A stretch of 32,000 bases of DNA from Isorropodon fossajaponicum endosymbiont JTNG4 (GCF_016592615.1 NZ_AP013043.1:1415998-1447997), one strand, 5' to 3'. Positions 21,191 through 30,649 are shown, counted from the stretch's first letter. The notes: generated from the sequence alone by a model not told the origin. Numbers and translations: made by a program.

Positions 21191-21646
21191 ATGTCAAAAA
21201 TCAACTTATTAGTCGCTACTATCATCATAACACTCCTTAGTTCTTGTGGGTTTCATGCGTCGTATAAAAACTCAGCAATAAACGCCTCTATTACCAGTAG
21301 CCGTCATAATGCCTTTGCTGATGAATTGCAAAAGCGCTTTAATCAAAACATACCTAAAACTCTAGCCGTTCAGGTGGGTGCTGAAAATCAAAATCAACGC
21401 ACGGCTTCATACAATACTTCAAGTAATGAAGCTAGTAGCTACACACTAAGTCTAAGCGTGCCTATTAAGGTCTTCAATCAGCACAACAAACTATTACTAT
21501 CCCAAACATTCAGTGCTAATACATACCTGAGTAAGATGGACGTATCCCAAGCAGATAGACTACAAATTGAAGAGGGTTACCAGCAATTGCGCCATTTAAT
21601 AATCAGGCAGCTGTTAAGAAAATTATCCAAACTTAATGAAAATTAA
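21191..21646 (+). CDS. lptE: LPS-assembly lipoprotein LptE
   Basis: 151 aa. Lipobox LLSSCGFH resembles the LptE CG(F/W)HLR start. Sits immediately upstream of, and overlapping, holA, which is the conserved lptE-holA arrangement. Confidence 0.65.
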   Translation: MSKINLLVATIIITLLSSCGFHASYKNSAINASITSSRHNAFADELQKRFNQNIPKTLAVQVGAENQNQRTASYNTSSNEASSYTLSLSVPIKVFNQHNKLLLSQTFSANTYLSKMDVSQADRLQIEEGYQQLRHLIIRQLLRKLSKLNEN

Positions 21647-22655
21647 ACCGCAGCAACTCAACACTCAATTAGCCAATAAACTTAATGCTATTTATTTTGT
21701 TTTTGGTGCCGAAATATTACTCATTGAGCAAAGTCTAACGCAAATAAACAAAACAGCAAAACAAGCTGGATTTGACGAAAAAGTAAGCTTTGAAATTGAT
21801 GCTAATTTTGATTGGAATCAAATCTTTGGAGAAATCTCAGCTGCCTCGCTTTTTTCACCAAAACGCATTATTAAATGCCGGTTAGAAACAGGGAAAATCG
21901 GCATTAAAGGCGCCAAGGCATTGGCTGAAATTGCCAGTACCCTGCCTAATGATATTTTATTGATTGTTTCCACTGGCAAACTGGACATGGCACAGCAAAA
22001 GAGCAAATGGTTTAAAACACTAGAACAATTTGGCAGTGTTGTCCAACATTTTGAAGTGCAAAGTAATCATTTGGTTGGCTGGATTGCAAATCACATGGCA
22101 GAATTAGGGCTTGAAGCTAATACAGAAATTGCACAAAGTATTGCTTTTTGCACAGAAGGCAATTTGACCGCTTCTATGCAAGAAATTCAAAAACTAAAAA
22201 TAGCCTATCCAAATGGCAAAATCAACACACAAGAATATCTTGAACAAGCCAATCAGCAATCTAAATACACCGTTTATGGCCTGATTGATGCCGCTTTATT
22301 TGGCAATAGTAATCAGGTTAATAAAATTTATCAAACCTTAGTCTCTGATACGGCTATGCCAATTCAACTGAGTAGTTCCTTGTATCGAGAAATTAAATCA
22401 GTCATCGAAATGTCAGTTGAACTTAGACAGGTGAAAGACATTAATACAGTCTTGCAAAATCATCGAGTTTGGAACAAAAGAAAACCCGTTATTACTAGTG
22501 TATTAAAACGTCACCCTTATCAGCGTTTACAAAAATTATTATTATCACTAGGGCGTATTGACCGCTCAATTAAAGGTATGGATAGTCTTAATGTCATTGA
22601 TGAATTACACACATTATTACTAAGTTTGGCTGGGAAAACACAATGGACTCAATAA
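21636..22655 (+). CDS. holA: DNA polymerase III delta subunit
   Basis: 339 aa. N-terminal pattern [15 protein letters not shown] is typical of HolA. Position follows lptE. Confidence 0.8.
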   Translation: MKIKPQQLNTQLANKLNAIYFVFGAEILLIEQSLTQINKTAKQAGFDEKVSFEIDANFDWNQIFGEISAASLFSPKRIIKCRLETGKIGIKGAKALAEIASTLPNDILLIVSTGKLDMAQQKSKWFKTLEQFGSVVQHFEVQSNHLVGWIANHMAELGLEANTEIAQSIAFCTEGNLTASMQEIQKLKIAYPNGKINTQEYLEQANQQSKYTVYGLIDAALFGNSNQVNKIYQTLVSDTAMPIQLSSSLYREIKSVIEMSVELRQVKDINTVLQNHRVWNKRKPVITSVLKRHPYQRLQKLLLSLGRIDRSIKGMDSLNVIDELHTLLLSLAGKTQWTQ

Positions 22656-23902
22656 AAAATTTAATCACCACACTGGGTGAAAATGCAAAAAATGCCGCAA
22701 AAACATTGCGCAGTGCTACAACGGTAGCTAAAAATAGCGCACTAATCAATATTGCTAGTCAAATTGACCAAAACAGAGCAAACATACTTAAAGCTAACAA
22801 GCAAGACCTTACCAATGGCAAAGATAAAGGGCTGGAAATGACGCTACTTGATAGGCTTATGCTTAATAATGAGCGTCTTAATGGCATTATTAAAAGTCTG
22901 AATCAAATTGTCAACCTGCCAGACCCTATTGGTGAAATTACAGATTTAAAATACCAGCCAAGTGGTATTCAAGTGGGTAAGATGCGCGTACCACTCGGTG
23001 TGTTGGGGATTATTTATGAATCCCGTCCTAATGTCACTATTGATGCTGCGGCACTTTGCTTGAAATCAGGCAATAGTGTTATTCTACGTGGTGGGTCAGA
23101 AGCTATTCACTCCAATCATGCGCTTTATACCTGTGTCAAACAAGGCATAACACAAGCAGGCCTTAATGAAAATTGCGTACAACTCATTGACACTCAAGAT
23201 CGTGAAGCTGTTATTGAGTTGGTCAAAGCAAGTGATTATGTTGATGCTATTATTCCTAGAGGCGGTAAAGGCTTGGTTGAAGCCATCAATAACAGTGCCA
23301 AAGTGTCTGTTATCAAACATTTAGATGGCATTTGCCACACTTACATTGATAAAGATGCCGACACACAAAAAGCCATCAGCATTGCCTTTAATGCCAAAAC
23401 GCGCCGTTATGGTGTGTGTAATGCTACTGAAACTTTGCTAATTCACAGCTCGGCAGTAGGCAGAATATTGCCCGAACTGATTGCGCAATACTTGGCAAAA
23501 GGAGTGGAATTACGCGGTTGTGAAGAGACTATAAAGCTGTCAAATAAAATCATTGCAGCCACTGAAAAAGACTGGAATACAGAATATTTAGATGCAATTT
23601 TATCCATTCGTATTGTCAATTCAATGAGTGAGGCCATTAAACATATTGATAAGCATGGTTCAGGTCATACTGAATCAATCGTAAGTGAAAACTACACTCG
23701 TTCACGCCGTTTTATTACCGAAGTAGACTCTGCCTCAGTCATGATTAATGCCTCCACTGGCTTTGCCGATGGCTTTGAATATGGCCTAGGCGCAGAAATC
23801 GGCATCAGCACTGACAAATTCCACGTGCGTGGCCCTGTTGGCTTGGAAGGATTAACCTCACAAAAATTTATCGTCCTAGGTGACGGACACATCAGACAAT
23901 AA
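22643..23902 (+). CDS. proA: glutamate-5-semialdehyde dehydrogenase
   Basis: 419 aa. Motifs [19 protein letters not shown] and [10 protein letters not shown] are present. Confidence 0.93.
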   Translation: MDSIKNLITTLGENAKNAAKTLRSATTVAKNSALINIASQIDQNRANILKANKQDLTNGKDKGLEMTLLDRLMLNNERLNGIIKSLNQIVNLPDPIGEITDLKYQPSGIQVGKMRVPLGVLGIIYESRPNVTIDAAALCLKSGNSVILRGGSEAIHSNHALYTCVKQGITQAGLNENCVQLIDTQDREAVIELVKASDYVDAIIPRGGKGLVEAINNSAKVSVIKHLDGICHTYIDKDADTQKAISIAFNAKTRRYGVCNATETLLIHSSAVGRILPELIAQYLAKGVELRGCEETIKLSNKIIAATEKDWNTEYLDAILSIRIVNSMSEAIKHIDKHGSGHTESIVSENYTRSRRFITEVDSASVMINASTGFADGFEYGLGAEIGISTDKFHVRGPVGLEGLTSQKFIVLGDGHIRQ

Positions 23903-23908
23903 AAAAAT

Positions 23909-25093
23909 ATGGACATAGAACAAGCACTGGCTATTTTTGCGCGTGGCGCTGATGAGATATTGCCACTTGATGAACTCAAGAAAAAACTTAAAAAAGACAA
24001 GCCACTACGCATCAAAGCAGGTTTTGATCCAACCACGCCTGATTTACATTTAGGGCACACAATTTTAATCAGTAAACTCAAGCAATTACAAGATTTTGGG
24101 CATGAAATATTGTTTTTAATTGGCGATTTCACTGCCATGATTGGCGACCCAACAGGCAAGAGTAAAACCCGTCCGCCACTCTCACGGGAACAAATTCAAG
24201 AAAACGCCAAAAGCTACACCAAACAAGTATTCAAGATCTTAGATAAAGACAAAACCACAGTCGTGTTTAACTCGCAGTGGATGGATAAAATGACATCAAT
24301 GGAATTTATCCAACTCGCCAGTAAACAAACGGTCGCTAGAATGTTAGAACGCGATGATTTTTCCAAACGCTACAAATCAGGGCAAGCTATCTCTACCCAC
24401 GAATTTTTATACCCTTTGGTTCAAGGCAATGATTCTGTTGAATTAAAAAGCGATGTAGAAATCGGTGGTACGGATCAAAAATTTAACTTATTAGTGGGCA
24501 GAGAACTACAAAAACAAGCAGGACAAGGGCAACAAGTTATCCTCACCATGCCGATTTTAGAAGGCTTGGACGGCGTGCAAAAAATGTCAAAATCCTTAGA
24601 CAACTACATCGGTATTGATGATGCACCTGATGAGATGTTTGGTAAAATTATGTCAATTTCTGATGAGTTAATGTGGCGTTATTTTGAGCTACTAAGTTTC
24701 CAAAGTTTAGAGACGATTGCTGATTTAAAACAAGCAATGGCTCAGGGTAAAAACCCAAGAGATATTAAATTTATCCTAGCTGATGAGATCATCACCCGCT
24801 TTCATAATATTGATGCCGCCAAACAAGCGCAGCAAAATTTTATTGATCGCTTTAGTAAAAATCAAATGCCTGATGACATGGATGAATTCAGCTTTAAAGC
24901 TGGCATAAAAATTGCTAATTTACTCAAAGATGCTGGACTTTGTCCTAGCACCTCAAACGCCTATCAAATGATTAAACAAGGTGGCGCTAAAATCAATGGC
25001 GAAAAAATCACAAACAAAAACCTTGAACCAGAGGTTGGTACAAACGTTTATCAAGTAGGCAAACGCAAATTCGCAAGAGTGACAATTCAATAA
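23909..25093 (+). CDS. tyrS: tyrosine--tRNA ligase
   Basis: 394 aa. Class I signatures HLGH and KMSKS, plus a C-terminal S4-like domain. Confidence 0.93.
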   Translation: MDIEQALAIFARGADEILPLDELKKKLKKDKPLRIKAGFDPTTPDLHLGHTILISKLKQLQDFGHEILFLIGDFTAMIGDPTGKSKTRPPLSREQIQENAKSYTKQVFKILDKDKTTVVFNSQWMDKMTSMEFIQLASKQTVARMLERDDFSKRYKSGQAISTHEFLYPLVQGNDSVELKSDVEIGGTDQKFNLLVGRELQKQAGQGQQVILTMPILEGLDGVQKMSKSLDNYIGIDDAPDEMFGKIMSISDELMWRYFELLSFQSLETIADLKQAMAQGKNPRDIKFILADEIITRFHNIDAAKQAQQNFIDRFSKNQMPDDMDEFSFKAGIKIANLLKDAGLCPSTSNAYQMIKQGGAKINGEKITNKNLEPEVGTNVYQVGKRKFARVTIQ

Positions 25094-25101
25094 AAAAGTG
25101 T

Positions 25102-25107
25102 TATAAT
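25102..25107 (+). promoter_or_regulatory. candidate -10 box (TATAAT) for ssrA
   Basis: Perfect TATAAT ending 9 nt upstream of the first G of the tmRNA. Confidence 0.4.
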
Positions 25108-25116
25108 ACCCATCCT

Positions 25117-25464
25117 GGGGATGACATGGCCTCGACGAGGAGTTGGATTTCAAGGACGCATGCCGAGGATAAAGACAACTCGTAAAATACGCTTTAAAAA
25201 GATAGTTGCAAACGAAAACAACTACGCTCTAGCTGCATAGCTAGCCGTCACTTAGAGGGTGTCTGTACTTTTAGGATGACGGTCGCTCACGGACTCGCTA
25301 GGATTATTTTTTCCACGTAATTCGGTTAAAACTTGTTGGAAATCGCTACTTACATCCCTGATGGTCGGGTGGTAGGGCGGCTAACTAAAATAGACCAAGC
25401 TAAGCATGTAGACTTCTTGTTTGAAAGTTTTCGGACGCGGGTTCAATTCCCGCCATCTCCACCA
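25117..25464 (+). ncRNA. ssrA: tmRNA (SsrA), tag peptide ANENNYALAA
   Basis: GGGGATGACATGGCCTCGACG at the 5' end and GGACGCGGGTTCAATTCCCGCCATCTCCACCA at the 3' end form the tRNA-Ala-like domain. The tag reading frame is GCAAACGAAAACAACTACGCTCTAGCTGCATAG at 25208-25240. Confidence 0.93.
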
Positions 25465-25476
25465 ATTCATAATATT

Positions 25477-25501
25477 AGCCCGTTTTATACGGGCTTTTTT
25501 A
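25477..25501 (+). terminator. rho-independent terminator after ssrA
   Basis: AGCCCGT-TTTAT-ACGGGCT hairpin followed by a T7 run. Confidence 0.7.
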
Positions 25502-25566
25502 TCGCCTAAAATACTGCTATATAAGTAATAATTGAATTATACAATCCTAGGCCGTCTTTACAAATA

Positions 25567-25645
25567 TTAGATTAAGTGGTATATTCATTGGCATATATTT
25601 GAATATATACTAGTATCTCTGTAAAAATATATACCACTTAACTAA
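25567..25645. repeat. imperfect 17-18 bp inverted repeat about 44 bp apart
   Basis: TTAGATTAAGTGGTATAT (25567-25584) against ATATACCACTTAACTAA (25629-45): a 13-bp perfect core plus CTAA after a 1-nt gap. Lies between the ssrA terminator and the IS256 fragment. Confidence 0.5.
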
Positions 25646-25672
25646 TTTAACGAGAACTATCAATGCTTACAG

Positions 25673-25836
25673 ACCCTAAAACCGTCAAAGGCAATCATGG
25701 TGAAGTTGAACTTGCTATCCCAAGAGACCGCAGAGGTAGCTTTGAACCTTTAATTATTGAAAAAGGTCAAACGCCGATTGGGTGCTTTTGATAGTCAGAT
25801 ATTAAGCCTATATGCCAAAGGCATAGGTACCCGTGA
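25673..25836 (+). mobile_element. 164-bp internal fragment of the IS256-family transposase gene (copy of 14792-14955)
   Basis: Identical by eye to 14792-14955, including the frameshift lesion (GQTPIGCF stop). Cut off at its right side by the IS3-family left end. Confidence 0.85.
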
Positions 25837-25902
25837 TTGCAATAGTCTAATTTTATTGGACACAAAGATAGCCTTATAATACAAACCATAAGGAGGTCAG
25901 TA

Positions 25903-26254
25903 ATGACACAATATAAATCAAGAAAACAACGAGTGACTTTTACCGTTGAACATTCTGTTCAATACCCCCTTGAGGGGGGAACACTAGATTATGCCAAACT
26001 CATGGTGCATGAGAATTACACCAATAAAAAAAATCATGATAATATCAGGAGCTTGCTCCTCAGCAGTTAGCAGATGGAGAAAACAATACCTAGCAGAGCT
26101 TGGTGGACAAACACCAGAGTCAGGCAAAGCGCTGACTTCTGAACAACAAACAATACAACTGCTTGAGAAACAACTTTGGCGCGCACAAAGGGACAATGAA
26201 ATCTTAAAAAAGGCAACAGCCTTGTTCGCTGTGGACAATCACCAAGTGATATGA
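25903..26254 (+). pseudogene. IS3-family OrfA, frameshifted
   Basis: AGGAGG precedes ATG 25903 (MTQYKSRKQRVTFTVEHSVQYPLEGG). The remainder (..SRWRKQYLAELGGQTPESGKALTSEQQTIQLLEKQLWRAQRDNEILKKATALFA) is in another frame (tracked ORF 25991-26254). The shift lies near the CCCCCTTGAGGGGGG palindrome. Confidence 0.75.
26206..26212 (+). promoter_or_regulatory. A AAA AAG -1 ribosomal frameshift heptamer
   Basis: TTA AAA AAG in the orfA frame. The -1 frame runs into orfB (KKGNSLVRCGQSPSDMIIKINKACQQYNTKEL...). Confidence 0.65.
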
Positions 26255-27108
26255 TTATCAAGATAAACAAGGCTTGCCAACAATACAATACTAAAGAATT
26301 ATGAGCATTACTCAAACTTCCTCACAGTAGTTATTACTATCAAGTCAAAGATAAGCGAGTAAACAACAACACCAACGCTATGATTAAATTAATCAAACAA
26401 ACTGCTATTGAAGTTGGATACACCTATGGCAAACGCAGAATGCGAGTAGTTTTGAATAACCAAGGTTATAACATTGGTATTTACCAAACTGCAACGCTAA
26501 TGAAAAAAGCCAATGTAGTTGCCATACGCCCAAGAAAGCGTCATTATTACCCTAATACTAGATTGATGTTTAAAAAGGCAAAAAACCTATTAAATCGTGT
26601 GTTTGAGCAGCAATCAATTAATACGCATTGGGTTGGTGATATTACCTATATCAAAACCTATCAAGGTGGGAGTTATTTAGCCAGTGTGTTGGATTTAGGC
26701 TCAAGACAAGTTGTTGGTTGGGCATTGTCAAAACAGCCTAATGCTCAGTTGGCAAAGGATGCGCTTAGTAATGCTGTGTCTAGACACCAGCCCAATACAA
26801 ATAAACACATGTTTCACTCTGATCAAGGGACTCAATACTCTTCTAAAGTTTTTATTGATTATTGCAACAAGAACAACATTACTCAAAGCATGAGCAGGCG
26901 AGGTAATTGTTGGGATAATGCGGTCATGGAGCGTTTCTTTAGAAGTCTGAAGACTGAGAGATTAAATTATCAAAGTTTTGCAAATCATAGTGAAGTCGTG
27001 CAAAATGTAGAGGGTTATATCTACTTGTATAATTACAAAAGGATTCATTCAGCGATTGGGTATTTAACACCTGCTCAAAAGATGGCTGAATTGAAAAAAG
27101 CGGCTTGA
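26206..27108 (+). pseudogene. IS3-family OrfB (DDE transposase) with in-frame TGA
   Basis: TGA at 26302-26304 (NTKEL-stop-ALLKLPHSSYYYQ), where homologues have Cys. Downstream are HWVGDITYI, FHSDQGTQYSS and NCWDNAVMERFFRSLKTE (DDE triad context). Confidence 0.8.
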
Positions 27109-27215
27109 AATGTGTCCAAGTAGGTTAGAGCATTGCAACCAGTACTAGAACAAGCAGGTGATGAAACTGGCAATCAACTACTACAAGCTTTAGCAAGAGA
27201 TGCTAAGTAAGACAC

Positions 27216-27482
27216 CTATGTGTGACTTGTTTGATAAACATTAGGCTCTCTTACTCTAAAATCCCCGCCTTTTATGGTGTCATAAAACAAACGCCGCACG
27301 CTATCGCCATCATTTTGATAATTTTTAGTGGCATTAATCCCGCCTTGAGCAGCAATAGAATGCGCCCGCCTAGCAAAATCTTGAAAACAAAATGAGCTTA
27401 CCTTTTAGCCAGCTTCACTCAGTGTTGCAGATAATGAACTACCTGCAAGCCCTATGCCAATCACAATAATTTTGTGCTTTTT
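27216..27482 (-). pseudogene. N-terminal remnant of a succinate dehydrogenase/fumarate reductase flavoprotein subunit
   Basis: KKHKIIVIGIGLAGSSLSATLSEAG, then TAA (27405-27407), then [57 protein letters not shown]. This contains the FAD-binding GxGxxG and the His-attachment RAHS(I/V)AAQGGIN signature. Homology ends after about 90 codons. Confidence 0.75.
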
Positions 27483-27790
27483 TCAATTTTGTGGTGCGAT
27501 TAATGCTAAATCAAATACGTGCTTTTCCCCATGAATCTTCGCTTATAAATTCAGCAATAAACGCTCTAATGCCTGGCACTCTACCAGCATGACTTTTCTT
27601 AACATAAAAATATAACGACCTAGACACAGGATAAGATCCATCAGAAATGGCATCAAAATTAACCTTAACACCGTCAATAATAGCGTCTTGATCTAAAAAA
27701 CTAAAGCTGAATATGCCCAATGCTTTAGGATTGGCAACCAATTTTGCAACAATAAGATTGTCATTTTCTCCTGCTTCAACATAGGCACCA
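27483..27790 (-). pseudogene. pstS: phosphate ABC transporter substrate-binding protein PstS, C-terminal fragment
   Basis: GAYVEAGENDNLIVAKLVANPKALGIFSFSFLDQDA...YPVSRSLYFYVKKSHAGRVPGIRAFIAEFISEDSWG. The very end probably needs a further frameshift at the G-run near 27527-27530 to read EKHVFDLALIAPQN. Separated from the N-terminal part by the IS30-family element. Confidence 0.75.
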
Positions 27791-28877
27791 CTTGAATTCA
27801 ACTTGCAAATGCAACACATTCCATGGGGAATGTGGCTATGAACAACTACCAACACCTAAGCCCTGAAGAACGGGCATTCATTATGATTGAGTACAACCAA
27901 GGAAGGTCTATCCGTTATCAGCTATTTACTCAATCGTTCACCCTCAACCATATCTAGAGAGATAAAACGTAATCTATCTAATACAATAAACAATTATTGT
28001 GCCACCACTGCAGCCAAACGTTATCAAGACAAGCGTCAACTCTGTATAAAGCCACAAAAACTAACACCAGACACTTTAATTGTATAATCAAATCAAAGAG
28101 TGGCTGGTTCACAAACAATGGTCACCTGAACAAATATCTGGTGCATTAAAGCACTACTATCCAAGTCAAAAAGATATGCAAATTAGTCATGAAACAATTT
28201 ACGGATACATTTACACTCTCCCCAAAGGTGAGCTTAAAAAAACTCATGATTCATTCATTACGACGAAGTAAATCTAAACGAGGCGTACGAGGTTCAAAGA
28301 GTGGCAGCTACAGTACTATAAAGCCAAAAGAGGATCAACTTATTTGCCACCGACCCAAAGACATTAATGAAAGAATGATTGCAGGACATTGGGAAGGTGA
28401 TTTAATTACAGGCTCTCAAAACAAACCTTGTGTCGGCACCTTGGTTGAAAGAAAAACTGGTTATTTAATACTGAATAAAATGAAAAGTAAGTCAGCTTTT
28501 GATGTACGTCAAGGGTTTGAACAAAAAATGAAAGCGATACCTGAATTCTTACGCCTGTCTATGACCTATGACAGAGGCTCTGAAATGGCACAACACTCTA
28601 TCTTATCTGATAATTTAAAGATTGATGTTTACTTTGCTGATCCACATGCACCATGGCAAAAAGGGGGTCTAATGAGAATACTAACGGTTTAATCCGTCAA
28701 TACTTGCCAAAGGGAGTAGATTTATCTCCTTGTAGCCAGAAAGATTTGGATGAAATTGCTTGGTTGCTCAACACTAGACCTAGAAAAAGATTTGACTTTA
28801 AAACACCACAGGATATGATGCATAGAGTTTTAACTGAAAAATACTAACTAGTGTTGCATTTGCAAGTTGAATTCAAG
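27791..28877 (+). mobile_element. IS30-family insertion sequence (1087 bp) inserted in pstS
   Basis: Perfect 27-bp terminal inverted repeats: CTTGAATTCAACTTGCAAATGCAACAC (27791-27817) and GTGTTGCATTTGCAAGTTGAATTCAAG (28851-28877). Confidence 0.9.
27838..28847 (+). pseudogene. IS30-family DDE transposase, at least four frameshifts
   Basis: Pieces in frames 1/2/0/1/0. MNNYQHLSPEERAFIMIEYNQGRS, RSPSTISREIKRN, WSPEQISGALK, HWEGDLITG, TYDRGSEMA, PWQ(K/R)GSNENTNGLIRQYLPKG. Confidence 0.85.
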
Positions 28878-29457
28878 CTGTTATCTTTATTTATCTTTAT
28901 TTTAACCAGCCGCATAATTTGCAGTGTTGTTATAGTCTGCGGGCTTGGTGATTAGGCAGTTTGGCATTAATATCGCTCCAATTCAGATAAGGATTATCAA
29001 TCAACACACCCTTGTTACCACTTGGCACTTGTTTTGTCAATGCTAAAAACAAATCTCGACGAGTTAAGTCAAAAACAGGGGCTTGTTTTGAGTTTGCAAT
29101 GGCAATACCATCGTAGCCAATTTTCACTTCAACAATGTCTTTAACCCCGTTTTTTTGGTATTTTTTAAACTCGCTATATTTTATCCGACGTGAGGCGTTG
29201 GTAATATCTAGTGTATTAATACCCCTACCCGAACAAAAAAGTTTCATACCACCTCCTGAACCTGTTGATTCAATCTTTAGCGCTTTGCTCCTTGTTTTTT
29301 TACCATAGGTTTCAGCAACAACTGTTGCAAAAGGATAAACTGTTGACGAGCCCACCACATCAATGTAGCCCCTCACAACAGACATGGTGGACGTAGAAAC
29401 TGTCATTATTACAACTGAGCCAAAGGCAGCCGTCACATATTGAACTTTATTTTTCAT
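28878..29457 (-). pseudogene. pstS: PstS, N-terminal fragment
   Basis: MKNKVQYVTAAFGSVV...IDVVGSSTVYPFATVVAETYG...IESTGSGGGMKLFC...NASRRIK..E. This is the PBP-like phosphate-binding fold N-lobe. The frame ends at 28930. The expected TSGTRD-type segment is absent between here and the C-terminal fragment. Confidence 0.75.
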
Positions 29458-29507
29458 GATTATTACCCCATCTTGTTAAAAATGTCGCCAGTTTAATCAA
29501 TGAATAT

Positions 29508-29525
29508 GACAGAATTATGACAGAG
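29508..29525 (-). promoter_or_regulatory. Pho box (PhoB binding site) upstream of pstS
   Basis: The minus strand reads CTGTCATAATTCTGTCAT: two CTGTCAT repeats with 11-bp periodicity, matching 17 of 18 positions of the E. coli consensus CTGTCATA(A/T)A(T/A)CTGTCA(C/T). It lies 51-68 nt upstream of the pstS ATG. Confidence 0.7.
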
Positions 29526-29593
29526 TGAAAAATAATTCTCACTTAGCGTTGCGCATTTGTTTCTACTAATCAGAAATAGATGTTACCTCAGCC

Positions 29594-29992
29594 TTATTGA
29601 GTATCAACCCTTAAGGTAGAAACTGCTGCAGGAGACAACGTGCGACCTTGCTTATTGTAAGTTGTGCGCGCTACCCCAAAAAAATTTCTTTGGTATTGTC
29701 CAGCATTGTTATCAATCATAAAATTAGGTCTCGATGCTTTATTTTCTTTCAAGGTAGAAGAAAAATCAGTTTGTATTAGCCAATTACTGGGCTTAACCCT
29801 ATTTTGAGCTCGAGATTTTGCGCCATTTAGCCAGGCACTTGGATTTTTTGCAGTGTTGTAATGATTCGCACGTATTGGCACTCCCCAATAAGGACTGTTG
29901 TAATTTGGCGCCCAATTGTTACCACTCCAAAATGCAAAGGATACATTGGGTGTTATGAATAGAAAAAATAATAACCAGTTGACTTTTTTCAT
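29594..29992 (-). CDS. hypothetical secreted protein, Asn/Trp-rich (132 aa)
   Basis: Signal peptide MKKVNWLLFFLFITPNVSFA. No family recognised. Confidence 0.5.
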   Translation of the reverse strand: MKKVNWLLFFLFITPNVSFAFWSGNNWAPNYNSPYWGVPIRANHYNTAKNPSAWLNGAKSRAQNRVKPSNWLIQTDFSSTLKENKASRPNFMIDNNAGQYQRNFFGVARTTYNKQGRTLSPAAVSTLRVDTQ

Positions 29993-30178
29993 AAAAATAC
30001 CTAGCGGCCAATCAGCATCTTAAAAAAGAAAGCTTACTTTGGCAAAAACTCTATCATTGTTTTTAATGTCTTCAAATGTTGGTGAGTCTCCACCCATATA
30101 ATCAATCACACCACAACTGATTGAAGTTTGATCATCATATGACATCCTATACAAACCTTGAAATAAGGCTATCAAAAG

Positions 30179-30264
30179 TGGTGCCGATGGCCGGAGTCGA
30201 ACCGGCACAAGCGTAGCTTACTACCCCCTCAAGGTAACGCGTCTACCAATTCCGCCACATCGGC
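30179..30264 (-). tRNA. leuU: tRNA-Leu (anticodon GAG), CCA encoded
   Basis: The reverse complement reads GCCGATGTGGCGGAATTGGTAGACGCG TTACC TTGAGGG GGTAG, then a long variable arm, then GGTTCGACTCCGGCCATCGGCACCA. Sits directly downstream of secG, as leuU does in E. coli. Confidence 0.93.
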
Positions 30265-30283
30265 ATATAAGGTTGGAATGTTG

Positions 30284-30649
30284 CTAATTTGGAATATCGC
30301 TAATATCTGACCCAGTTGAAATAGGTGTAACAATCATAGGCACGTCAGATGGAACTACCTCACCTGTTGTAACTTGCTCCATAATACTTGTTGGTTCGTT
30401 ATTAACACTACTGTCATTGGTTGCTAAATAAGCCAACGTCAAACTGGTTAGAAAAAAGCCAAAAGCCAAACTAGCAGTTAGCTTGTAAAGAAATGAATTT
30501 GCACCTCGTGCGCCAAAAACCGACCCAGAAGCACCTGCACCAAAAGCAGCGCCTGCATCAGCACCCTTGCCATGTTGCATTAAAATTAAGGCAATTAAAC
30601 CTAATGCCAACAGTATATGAATAATTAAAATAAGTTGAAACGACATCAT
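30284..30649 (-). CDS. secG: preprotein translocase subunit SecG
   Basis: 121 aa. [34 protein letters not shown] is the SecG signature region. The start overlaps the tpiA stop (TAATG). Confidence 0.9.
   Translation of the reverse strand: MMSFQLILIIHILLALGLIALILMQHGKGADAGAAFGAGASGSVFGARGANSFLYKLTASLAFGFFLTSLTLAYLATNDSSVNNEPTSIMEQVTTGEVVPSDVPMIVTPISTGSDISDIPN

Larger units (their letters stand above)
25838..27137 (+). mobile_element. IS3-family insertion sequence, full length (1300 bp) but coding-defective
   Basis: Terminal inverted repeats TGCAATAGTCTAATTTTATTGGACACA (left) and TGTGTCCAAGTAGGTTAGAGCATTGCA (right) match at about 21 of 27 positions and have TG...CA ends. orfA, orfB and a frameshift heptamer lie inside. 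Confidence 0.88.

Noticed and set aside
25663-25800. 45-codon ORF (MLTDPKTVKGNHGEVELAIPRDRRGSFEPLIIEKGQTPIGCF) downstream of the inverted repeat.
   Set aside because: It is just the IS256-transposase fragment fused to a fortuitous ATG. There is no independent evidence of function.
9372-26304. Possibility that in-frame TGA codons (9372-9374 in DUF2238, 26302-26304 in IS3 orfB) indicate TGA read as an amino acid (alternative genetic code).
   Set aside because: trpC ends with TGA in a classic ATGA overlap with the osmC-like gene. The IS3 TGA replaces an expected Cys, not Trp. TAA and TAG nonsense lesions occur in other pseudogenes too. Ordinary nonsense mutations under the standard bacterial code explain everything.
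28881-28900. Tandem repeat TTATCTTTAT x2, considered as a possible CRISPR or VNTR-like feature.
   Set aside because: Only two units of 10 bp, with no spacers. It lies inside the degraded pstS remnant and is most simply a small duplication. No CRISPR-like array exists anywhere in the window.
30020-30208. 62-aa ORF on the minus strand downstream of secG.
   Set aside because: Its 5' end overlaps tRNA-Leu(GAG) at 30179-30264, and its sequence has no coding features. It is spurious.
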